From the NCBI GenBank assembly GCA_964247055.1, contig OZ176054.1, positions 7,812,001 through 7,876,000 on the forward strand: a DNA stretch of 64,000 nucleotides, written 5' to 3'. The number at the start of each line of letters is the position of its first letter. The stretch's first letter is position 1. Positions 28,601 through 39,928 of the stretch are shown here, piece after piece. The stretch comes from Paragordius varius (Eukaryota > Animalia > Nematomorpha). A program made the position numbers and the translations under genes. The notes beneath the pieces were generated by a model that was not told the origin of the DNA, did not search any database, and saw only the letters and a list, made by a program, of their open reading frames with translations.

Positions 28601-31600
28601 ATTTCTATAAAAAATTTCTGTACAATAAAATCCTATGCTACAAATATAACCGTCTCATATAAATAAAACGTTATTAATGCTATTTGTTAAAATAAAAATA
28701 ATGGGTATTTGGTAATTGGCTGGTTATTAAATATCGGGTTATCACCGTTAAAGACTGCATTTATATACAGTCAGACCGATAAATATATTTAAATGACCCT
28801 AACGATGATTATAAATTGTAAAAATTATTTAAAATATTTAGAGCCTAAATTTTTAACCTTTTTCCATTTCAACTGTCTCCTCATGTTGTTCAAAATGTGA
28901 TTTATTAACAAATTCCCCATCGATATCGGAATCAGCTGTGTTTTCATGATTCGTTTTTTTCGTTAAAGTTTTACCAATGTCATGTTGTTCTTTAAGGGCA
29001 TGCCTGGCCTATGAACGCATAAAAATAATATAAAATACTTTAACCAATAGTACACAATTTCAAATTTTTTAGGCATATTAATTTATTGAAAGTTATAATA
29101 TAATTGCCTTACCTAGAGATAAAGAAATAGCGTACAATTAAAAACAAATTTACAAAAATCTAAATAAGTTACCAAATATTACATTCAAATTCATCTATAC
29201 ACAAATACAAATTTATGTTATAGTTAACCACTCATAGAAAATATATTTATGTACAATTATATATGGATATTGCATAATTTTAATAAAAAACACTTTTTAT
29301 CATAGAGGTAAAAACGTCGAACATTAATTAAATTTACAGTAGGATTATTGGCCGAGAGTTTAAGATGTTGAGCCCATTTCCCCGTATTTTTATGGCATAG
29401 TATAATTATCAAAAATATATGCATTTCATAATTTTGATAAAAAAACTACCTCCTTTTCTTTATCATAAGCCGTAAAAACTCAAAAAAGTTCATTGATTAA
29501 ATTTAACATAAAATTTATAAATTTACAGTAGGATTATTTTTGGCAGAAAGTTTAAGGTGTTGAGCCCATTTCCCCGTATTTTTGTGGCATAGCATAATTT
29601 TTTAATAAAAAAACTACCTTTTCTTTATCATAAGCCGTAAAAACTCAAAAAAATTCTTAAAATAAATTTAATATAAAATTTATAAATTTACAGTAGGATT
29701 ATTTTTGGCAGAAAGTTTAAGGTGTTGAGCCCATTTCCCCGTATTTTTGTGGCGTAATGATATGCGTTCACCTAATCGGTCCTTTTCTTTCATTCGATTT
29801 TGTTGAGCCATTTCCATCTCATATGCTTGTGGGTCGGTAAATTTTAGCTTTTCCAATTCTTTTGTCTTTTGTCGAACTTTTTCACGGCGTAACATTCGGC
29901 GATATCTATGTTATTTTAGTAATAAATTAGGGTGGAAAAATTCTGAATGTTTACAGTAAAAATTGAAATCATAAAAACAAAATGTAAAAGGTAAATATTA
30001 GTTCTAAAGACAGCCATATATTGTTAACTTTGATTTTAGACTACAACTCTTGTTTAATTTTGGAAATAATTAACAGATATGTAAATTGGTAACACACTCA
30101 CTCAGCTATATGATGCTTTCCAAATTGTAATTATAAATATATAGTTCTAGAAATCAAGGTTTTTAAAAAGTATGACGGTGTCTTTATACATAATAATATT
30201 TGTCATTTTGTTTTGTTGATTTTTTTTGATAATAAATATAAAATATACTGTAAAACCCATTTTGGTAGATTTATATTAAAAATATACTTTTTGCTCTTAA
30301 TTTTATTTTGATAACGGGCCTTTAGTTCATTACGTGCAACCAAATGCTTAAAACGCAAAAGTTCTGCTTGTTTCTTTTTAGCCTCTTGTAAACTCATAGC
30401 GGCAAAACACTGTTTTTCAGCCGGGGTAAATAGTTCACCGGGTGCGATGGTATTTACAACATTTTCCTTCATGATTCATATAAAAAAATAAATTTTTTAT
30501 CAAATTTATATAAAGAAAGAAAAACATATGGCTGGACAATTTTAAACCTCTTTGTGCGGAACAAAAAATTTAAATAATAGTTATATTTTTAAAATTTCTT
30601 TCATATATTTTGTTGTAATTATTGGCATAAATATTCAAAAGAATTTAAAAATAGCAAAAAAAACTATTTCAACCTTCAAAAAGTGTACCCGTTGAAAAAA
30701 TTAATTTTTTTCATCAATATTGATCATAAAATACAGTGTGCATTTTAATGGTTGCTAATCAGTATAGTTGGACATTTTGCAACACACTTTGTTTTTTCCA
30801 TACACTACGGTGTTGCAATTTGCCCAAATATAGTGGGAATAAGCAACCATTAAAATGCATTCTGTATATTTAAATAAAATATTTAAATTTCCAACAATGT
30901 GGATTCATATTTTGCACCAAAAAGATTTAAATAAAGGGACATAATCTTAATTAAAAAAAAGATTCGAGTACATATTGAAATCAACATTAATATACAGGTT
31001 CAATAAAACTGTTCCATATTTTTGCAATTAAATTCTACCTTTAAAGCAGCAGCCATTTCTTCGTCGAATTGGGATAAAGCGGAAGGTTTTTTATCTATCA
31101 TTGATAAAACACATAATTTGTAACTTAAATTTAAATCTATTAAAAATTAAAAAATTTATAGCGGAATGAGCACAAGATAAAATTATATGTATAATTAATT
31201 TATTTTCGCTTTCTGTGTCGAGAATACGCATTTTTTATAAATGTTTTATAATATTCTTGTTAAAAAAACCTTTTTTACAAAATATATGAATCAACAATAA
31301 TAAAATCTTACCTTTTCTCTTGCTTTGATTCTCTAAATATTGGGCATAGGTTTCCTCCAAAATACCCATTTTTGTTAAACTAACATTACATTGTTGCAAG
31401 GGAAAATTAATGTGTTCAGCAACTCGATTAGATTCTACGATTGATTCCCAGGGTTGAAGCCTTTCATTAACTACATCTTCATATCTGTAAAATTTAGCAA
31501 AAATATATCATTTTTCATAACAATCATTATACTACAGTCCGGAGAAATGAAAATATCGATTTCTGTTTTATATATTTTTTAATTATAAAATATTGAATTT

Positions 31601-32311
31601 GAAAAATTTATGTAAAACAAATTTTATGTCGAACATTTGAGTCCAGTAAGATAATATATCTAGGATCTCTGGAATTTATATGATTAGAAAAGCGACCATA
31701 AAAGAAATATAAATTTGTTAAAAATTTATTTTTTATTTTGCAACAAATGTGCATTACTGGATGCACTTTTTTAGACTTATTGGGTAAGAGAGGTAAATTG
31801 ATTGGTTTAATTATTTTAGATAGGATTTTTTAAAATATTGTCCAGCTTTATATAAAAATAGCACATAAATAATTATTTCATATAATAATATACCCAGCTT
31901 TTATCAAATTTCTTTCCATTTGCGGTTTACTTGGAGGCACATCTATCACCATTGAATTTTGACTTTTTTCCGATTGGATTGGTCTTTGAACTTGTAACTC
32001 ATTTGAGACCTTAGATAAACTCCTTTCCAATTCATTTAAATTAGCAGTTTTAGACTTATTTTGGCGTTCGGAAAATGATTTAAATAATGTTTCGATTCCA
32101 ATCTCATTAGTCGCGCCTAAATAAAATTTAAGATCAACTTGACTCCTTCAATGAATCGATTCTCAAGGGTTGAAGCCTAAAAAATAAAAAACTATTTTTA
32201 CTTTTTCTTTTTATTTATTTTTTGAATATCTCCTAAGAATTTTTCATGATTTTTATCTTGTTCGCTTTTAAGAGATAGGGAGGATTTGACTTTTTTATTT
32301 TTAACCACCAT
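16641..32311 (-). CDS. UTP14: U3 snoRNA-associated protein 14 (778 aa, 16 exons, two ultrashort introns)
   Basis: Exons 32202-32311, 32139-32176, 31894-32116, 31312-31484, 31039-31094, 30288-30466, 29692-29905, 28858-29008, 27765-27934, 27123-27410, 26345-26513, 25908-26099, 22736-22811, 22592-22679, 22447-22513, 16641-16783 (2337 nt, in frame). Motifs WESIVESNRVAEHINFPL, KARYQNKIKSKKYRRMLR, ERISLRHKNTGKWA, MPGWGDWAG, PKVLTKPGCIIKPM. Confidence 0.93.
18069..18987. mobile_element. CACTA-like MITE, copy 2 (inserted in the foldback left arm)
   Basis: CACTAGACAACAAA ... TTTGTTGTCTAGTG with TTA duplicated; the opposite arm (~19925-19945) retains the empty site with one TTA. Inverted relative to copy 1 and lacking about 190 bp of it. 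Confidence 0.85.
20610..21065. repeat. Tandem array of ~120-bp units (about 3.5-4 copies) in the foldback right arm
   Basis: Repeated TTACAATTAACAACGTTAAATAAAAAA...TTGACTAAATTTATTAAAAACCGCAATTTTTAC; about one copy in the left arm (~17330-17420). Boundaries approximate. Confidence 0.75.
21316..21987 (-). mobile_element. Non-autonomous Helitron, copy 2 (rearranged, with an unrelated internal fragment)
   Basis: Minus-strand TC...hairpin...CTAG; A|T target with no TSD, confirmed against the empty site in the left arm (~17090-17105). Confidence 0.85.
23161..23732 (-). mobile_element. Non-autonomous Helitron, copy 3
   Basis: CTAGCGTAAATCTCGTGCTGCTACGCAGCACGAG ... AAATATATAGA; colinear with copy 1. 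Confidence 0.85.
24046..24221. mobile_element. Small TA-flanked MITE with CAGTATGCA-type ends
   Basis: TA|CAGTATGCACATTT ... GAATACTG|TA; internal TAATACAGTAGCGTGTGTTAT shared with the 63283 copy. Confidence 0.55.
25640..25766. repeat. Short inverted-repeat element
   Basis: ACTGGTGTGTGTAAACC ... GGTTTAAACACCAGT; single copy in the window, no TSD identified. Confidence 0.35.
28215..28455. repeat. Short inverted-repeat (MITE-like) element
   Basis: AAATTCACCCTTGAAAAATTCAAATTC ... GAATTTGAATTGTTCAAGGGTAAATTT; boundaries approximate. Confidence 0.4.
29330..29755 (-). repeat. Tandem triplication of the 3' end of UTP14 exon 7 plus its donor site
   Basis: AAAAATACGGGGAAATGGGCTCAAC...AATAATCCTACT|GTAAATTT occurs three times, with GT donors at 29691 (real), 29526 and 29337. 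Confidence 0.85.
30734..30864. mobile_element. 131-bp TA-flanked MITE sharing termini with the foldback element
   Basis: TA|CAGTGTGCATTTTAATGGTTGCT ... AGCAACCATTAAAATGCATTCTG|TA. Confidence 0.75.
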
Positions 32312-32358
32312 GCTAAATATTCACCCATTCATTGCACAAAATTTGAATTTAGATTTTG
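32312..32358. promoter_or_regulatory. 47-bp head-to-head spacer between the UTP14 and RTEL1 start codons
   Basis: UTP14 ATG at 32311 (-), RTEL1 ATG at 32359 (+). Acceptor-like TTTAG lies 1 nt before the UTP14 ATG and 6 nt before the RTEL1 ATG. Regulatory role is inferred. Confidence 0.55.
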
Positions 32359-35300
32359 ATGCTGGAAATTAAAGGTATCAATATATCTTTTCCTTACAAG
32401 CCGTATGATTGCCAAATTGATTATATGACAAAAGTTATTGAATGCTTAGAAAGTAGACAGAATGCTTTGCTTGAGAGTCCCACAGGAACTGGTTTTAAAT
32501 AATTTTAATATATTATCAAAAAATATATCGCAATATTTTTTATCGCTTGTTAGGTAAAACTCTGTGTCTACTTTGTGCGACAGTAGCCTGGCTAACGCAT
32601 CAAAAGAAGATAAAATCTGTGGGGGATAAATTTTCAGATCTAGCTAAAATACCCAAAATAATTTACACTTCACGGACTCATACGCAACTTAATCAAGTTG
32701 TCTCGGAACTTAGAAAAACCGATTATGCATCATCTGTTACATCTACTCTTTTGGCATCAAGGGAACAATTATGCATACATCCAGTCGTTTCCAAAGAAGC
32801 TAATAATACTTTAAAAATTCAAAAGTGTCGAAATAAAATGTATCACAGAACATGTTATCTCTTTAACAATGTTCAAGATTACGTTAATGGTAGAAATTTC
32901 AATGGATCCGTGGATGTGGATCAGTATTGAATTTAATGAAAATTCATAAATTAATTCTCATAAAAATTCATTTTGGTTTAAAGAACGTCAATTTTTTAGC
33001 TCATTTTTTTCTTTCATTTAATTAAATTCACACTAATTTTTATGTTACATAAATATTTTAAAAATGGAACCATTTGTTTAAATTCAATCATGATGTTTTT
33101 AAATCCATATATTTACAAATATTACTCATTCAATATATTTGCCATCCACAATCTTTATATATATAAATTTGCCATATTTTTTATTATATTTCCAATTTAC
33201 CAGAGATCATTCCGATCATGACAAAGTTGGAAGCAATATTCATTTACCCGCTGTACCCGACATTGAAGATTTGATTAAAGTAGGGAATGAACAAAAAATT
33301 TGTCCTTATTACACGGCCAGGGAGTTGGCTAAAACCGTTGATCTCATACTTATGCCCTACAATTATTTGGTGGATGAAAAATCTGCCATTGGAACCTCTA
33401 CTAAAATGAATCATTTAACTGGTGGATTAAATAAAAAAAATCGCTTCGTTGGGACAGCAAATAAACTCGATAGTGTGAATGGAATTATGCGTAATATATA
33501 TATATGAATTGTATGGATTTTTACCTTTTTAATCGAAAAAAATTAAAGAATAGTTTCTTAGAATATCATTCAAATCATCATTGAAATATAAGATTTTCAT
33601 TTCAAAAAACTTGCCGCTAAAATTGTGTTTATTTTTCCATAAATATATATCCTTATTTGGATTTATTACCTTTAAGTTAGTTGAAGTTAAAATTACAATA
33701 TTAAACATTGCCTTGAATTTGTTATTTAGGTATAATTCATTCATATTTTTGATAGAAAATTTATTGAATGGCAAACCACCACCATCTGATGAAAATTTCT
33801 TACAAGGCGCAATTTTAATCTTTGATGAGGCACACAACATTGAAAAGGTTTTATAACCAAAAATATATTTTAAGTTTGTTGATACTTATATGTAGCCATT
33901 TTATTTTAGTTAAGAAATATAACCTCTTAACATGCATCATGACCTTTTAGAATGGCTAAATGCATATTTTAAAATAGAATATTTAATATATTTTTCTTAA
34001 TTTTTTTTAAAATTATAAATTAATATGTGAGAGAATATAACCACCAATCTGATATTTAATACTTTTTTATTAACTTACTCACAATGCATCTATAAAATCA
34101 ATAAAGTTGAAAAACAATTTATAAAATATATATAATATTTATAAATTCAAATATAAAATCAATCAGGGCAAGAATTGGACCAATTAAATAAATAAAAAAT
34201 AAATTATTTACGGATATATAACATAAAATAACCAATATATATATATATATATATATATTGATAATAATTTATGTCCAATTAACTGAAAACTCTTAAAAAT
34301 AAAATAAAATTGTCTTTGTAAACTATACCATTTGCACTTCAAGAGTGTCCTTGAACACTTCAAGAGTGTCCTTGAACATTTCAAGTTGATCCTTGAACAC
34401 TTCAAGTTGGTCCTTTGACTTTTTTGTTTTGTTTTTAACTTTTATCAATCAAATCGTAAATAATTCATCTATTTTATTGTTTTTACCTATTTTCTATTAT
34501 TTAACATATATTTTAAATCGATATCAACTTTTAATCTTTGATAAACCGTATATCTCTATTAATTTCTGAAAATAATTTTGGATATTTATAGGATTTTAAC
34601 ACGAAATGAAAAAATATATAAGTTTTTTGGGCTATTAAATAAATTTTTTTATTAAAAACATTTAAAAGTCAATAATTTTGTTCAATTGAAAAAAAAGATT
34701 GAAACAAAAAAGTGGTTTTAAATAAAAAATTTTATTTTTAAATGAATAAATATATAATAAATAAAGAAAATTAGGTTAATAAAAAAAAAACTAAATGCAA
34801 AAATTATGGTTAAATCAAAATTTAAAAATTTTAAGGACCAACTTGAAGTGTTCAAGGACCAACTTGAAATGTTCAAGGACCAACTTGAAATGTTCAAGGA
34901 CCAACTTGAACTGTTCAAGGACCAACTTGAATTGTTCAAGGACCAACTTGAATTGTTTAAAAACCAACTTGAACTGTTCAAGGACCAACTTGAACTGTTC
35001 AAGGACCAACTTAAAGTGTTCAAGGACACTCTTGAAGTGCAAATGGTATATTTTCAGGTATGTGAAGAGGCCGCCAGTGTTGAATTAACTTCATTGGAGC
35101 TGGCATGTGCTATTGCTGAATGTGATACACTCTTTGGACTTTTGATGGAGCAACAAAAAGCGTTTGGTCTCTCTAATGCTGGTCCAGTACCTAATGAATC
35201 TTTCATAAATTTTGGGGGGAGTGCTTTCAATGGCAAACGTAAAAAAGGTGTTGCGAACAATAATAATTTCGATGTTTTGGATGGGGTCACTGGGGGTGTT

Positions 35301-37269
35301 TCTAATACCCCATTTACGGATAAAATGGTGTTGGATTATGGGCTAGATGAATTAGCGTAATTATGTTTGGTTGTGATATAAATAATTGTTTAATTATGGT
35401 TAAAACTTTTTTTGTACAAATTCATTTGTGAATGTGACTTTTTTACCTCTTTTTGTGTAAAATTGTTTTTTTGATCTGATTTTGTCAACTTATGATATTT
35501 GGCATGAGCGGCCTGCTAAAACTGTTTTTAATTTCTTACAATCAACTTAATTATATATAAAAGCGTTACAATAGTTGTTAGCATTTTTAAATGTACTTTT
35601 GTATTTATATATTTTCTAATTCAGGTTAGTTATGTCTGTTTTGTAAATATTTTTTGTGCGGCATTACAAACGGGAGTTTAACTGTATAACATTGGTGTTT
35701 TTTCCATATCAAAATGGAGAACAAAAATATTTTTAATTGTTAAACCAATCTTTTTGAATGCCTAATAGAGACACAATTTTATTTTTTTATTTTTCCTCAG
35801 TCGTGTGAAAGAAATGTTACTCAAGACCGAAGAAACGATCGATAATTTCAAGTTTCCCACTCAAACAACAAACTCATCATCTTTTGGATCAACGAATGCA
35901 TCAAATAACGCCATTTGGTCCATTCCATTCATTGTACATGAATTTTTAGGACAAGCTTTGCGCATTCAAACTAAAGATCAGGCTCAAGTATTTGTTTCAC
36001 ACTTTGCATTTAAAATAATTTGAAATAAAAAAGGAATATCCTATAGTAAGGTGCTAACTAGGATTGAAACAATTTTTTGTTTAATATTCTATGGTAACCA
36101 GGATCGTATTTGATTTATAATTCATTCATAACCTTGACACTGATCGCTTTGAAAAAAGGGTAATCTATAAGTTTAGCACGTAAATAATAAAATATAAATT
36201 ACTGGTATATTATCTTGTAAAAAAATGTTTTTAATATTAGCATATTTTAATACTTATGAAACCAATCTGTTCTTAAATTTTTCTTTTATACTATTATTGG
36301 GACATATATTTACACATCTTGTATAAAGCTGATTTTTACTGATTTGTAAGCGGTCAAACGATTATAATATTCTACACTAACGAATACTTTTTTTGGGATT
36401 TGTACATAATTTAAAATCCATATTAATTATTTAAAAAAATATTTTAAGAATTTTATCATTTTTTCAAATTTTTCAAATTTATTTTTTGTTTTTAGGCTAT
36501 GGTTACACTGCTTGAACGCTTAGCTATCGTTGCTTTAGATGCCAGACATAATTCTGACGGTATTTCGGATAATGTCGACTCACCTGTTACACCTTCTGAA
36601 GGAACCAAGGGAAATGTTGTTTTAGGTTTTTAGACGCAATTAATATATATATATATTTGTAATATTTGGACTTTATTAACTTGGTGTATTTAATTCAGGA
36701 GCAATTTTAAAATTAAAAAATCAATGAAAATTTATCTGTATTTGCGGCCAAATATATTTTTGGTTTATGTGTTTGTTATCTTTTAAGATAAAGAGATAAT
36801 ATAAGAAATGTGAAATGAATTATTTATTTGGTTTTTTAAGGTGTATATATAGCAATTTTAACTGTCCATGATTTGCATTATATCAATAAAATTTCAAGTA
36901 ACAAAGGTTATATATTTACATATAACACAAAAAATATAAAAAATACAATTCACATAACGGTGAAAGTTATGATATATAACCAAAGTATGTATTTCACATT
37001 TGCATATAACACAGAAAAATATTATAAAAATAAAGTATATCTTTCAGATTTGCATAACAGTGTTAAATATAATTTTATAAATAAAAAATAGAGATAATTA
37101 ACAGATTAGTTCAATCGAAGCTTTTTTAATATATATTATGTCGAATAATTTATCTAATAACTTTAATTTTATTATTACTACAAATTAAACTGGGGAAAAA
37201 CAGCCTAAAATGTATTTCTAATAAAAACTATTAAATGTTAAGTGTAAAGTTGAAATACTTTAAATGGAA

Positions 37270-37316
<47 letters not shown>

Positions 37317-39892
37317 AAATAATGCATCTCGAACAAACAAATGCATAAGTGCCCTGGAAAAAATTGCGACATTGCTTAAAACTCTGTTTGGATTGGATAT
37401 GTCAACTGTCATCAATGTTGAAAATGGTATTTATTATTTTGTTAAAATAGTATGGTGCGAAAATTCTCTCAGTTAATATTGTGAAATATATGATAAATTA
37501 AGTTAATTATATTTATGATTGTTTTTGTTTTAAGATAAAATGTTTTAAAATTAAATATATTTCCTTTTTAATAGATATTTAATTGTGAAATACATGATAA
37601 AATAAATTAATATTTATGATTATTTTTGTTTTAAGATAAAATTTTCTAAAATTAAATACAATTCCTTTTTATTAAATATTTAATTGTGAAATATATGAGA
37701 AATTAACTTAATATTTATGTGTTTTTTTGTTTTAAGATAAATCTTAAATATATTTCCTTTTTAATAAATAATTTAGCCATTTCAGACCCCAAAGTGGATA
37801 CTACACGCAGTTCTTTGGCTAAAAGATTGGGCTTATCACCATCCATTGAATCACTTTACAGGAAAGATAAATTGCAGGAGAACAATTATTTGTTACAATT
37901 GATAAAACAAAACATGAAACATTTTAAGGTAATTGAAGACAGGTTTTTGGTGTAAAAACCTTTGAATTTAACAATTTAGGGTATTTTTATATTCTACCAC
38001 ATATACTTAAATACTGGTTACCTATGAATTTAGTCATATTTAATTTTGTTTTTTTTATCAATAGCAAAAATTAATTTATAGGGTAGTTTTTTATAAATTG
38101 ATTCATAAGTTTTATGTAATGTATTTAGTTAAACATAAGCTACGAAGAAACAAACAAATGGCGTAAAAATCACACTGATATACCATTATTACATCCATTA
38201 AACAAAGGTACAACTGCCCGAACATTGAGTTTATGGTGTTTTAGCCCAAGTCATACGATGAAAGTTTTCTTATAAATTAATTTTTTTTATAATTAAGAAA
38301 ATTAAGATGTAGACACATAATTTTTAAAGGGCATATAAAAACTATTAGACCAGTATTTTTTCTTAAAGACAACCATAAAACACTATGGTTGTTATTTTAA
38401 GAAAAAAAATTTTTTTGTCTTTTAATTTACGTTTTGTCTTTAAAATTATAATCTTTACATAATATTCTAAAAATAATAAGTTATATTCGAAACTGATTTA
38501 GAATTTAGTGTCGATATATGGAATACATAGCATAATTTTGACATCGGGAACTTTGTCCCCACTAAATGCCTACTCCAAAGTCATGAATATCCCCTTTCCT
38601 ATAACGCTTGAGAATGGCCATATAATTAACATGGAAAAGCAAGTATATTTAGCTGGCCTATCTAATGGACCTGATGGGCAAACCCTGAATTCCAGTTATA
38701 AAAATCGGTATTACTTAATTTGCGATTCTGTATATTTAAATTAGTTTCATTTCTTTTTATATTTTCTCCAAAATACAAGCACTATAATTTGCGGGAACAC
38801 TCTCCAACAAAAAACCTTGTTAATTGGTATTTTTGTATTTTAAAAAATATTATATAGTAGAATTTTAAAAAATAGAAAAAAAATAAAATTTTTATAAATT
38901 GGTGATGTGGATAACATCTATTTTTTGCCCAATGGAAATCATTAAAATGGGATAATTGGATACTCTATATTTCCATTATTTTATTTTTTAAATTATTATA
39001 TATATTAGTCACAACGCTAAATATTTGCATTCATTGGGTATGACAATCCTTAACGTGTCTCGAATCGTGATGGGAGGCATATTGGTTTTCTTTCCATCTT
39101 ACGCACAAATGAACGTTTGCCTTGAGTTTTGGAGAAATCCGGAGAGCAACCTATTCAATAGTTTCGCTAAACTAAAGCCAGTCTACATTGAACCAAAATG
39201 TAATTTCTTTTAATTATAAAACTAATTTTTTAACGGTTTGCACAGGTTAATAAAATTATTATTATCATTAGATTTGTTAAAAAATGTTGGAAGAATTGAT
39301 GCGGAATCTAACACCGCCAAAAGCAAAAAAATATTTTTGTGACTCTAGATATCAGCATCTAAAACACATCTCATGCATGCTTTTCTATTAAATATTTGAG
39401 AATAAACTTGATGCATATACAACAAATTATAATGGTTAAAAAATATGTTTTATAAAGGGAAAAAATAATTGAAAGCTATCATGTAACAAATTATTTGTAA
39501 ATATTTGTCTTATCTAGCCAAACACGATTTAGCGAATGAAATTGAAGCTTACTATAGCACAATACAAGGATCAATAGCCTCTGAACAAAGCGCAGTAAGT
39601 AAACACTTCATATTTTAAAATATTATCATCAATATTTCACATTTTTTCATTTTAAAACTTATCAATTAATAAATATATTAACTTTTAACTATCCTTTAAA
39701 TTCACCCTAAATGATTATTTTTTAGACCAAATAAACCATAATTGAATGTAAATAATTGATTTTTTCCGTATGGTTTTTAGGGTATCATATAAAACTATTA
39801 TTTTTTATTATATTATATTGTTTTACTTTTTGATTTAATAATGTGTCAAATTTGAAAGTGAGTAAAAAAAGTCTTCACATAAAAAGATGCCT

Positions 39893-39928
<36 letters not shown>

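Noticed and set aside
34833-35040. CRISPR-like array
   Set aside because: Contiguous 21-bp tandem units without unique spacers, in a eukaryotic intron, and no cas genes.
34208-35088. Repetitive ORFs (KCSRTNL, SSWSLNS, LVLEQFK repeats) on both strands
   Set aside because: They are translations of the 21-bp repeat of an intronic element; only the frame continuous with RTEL1 exon 5 is kept as a hypothesis.
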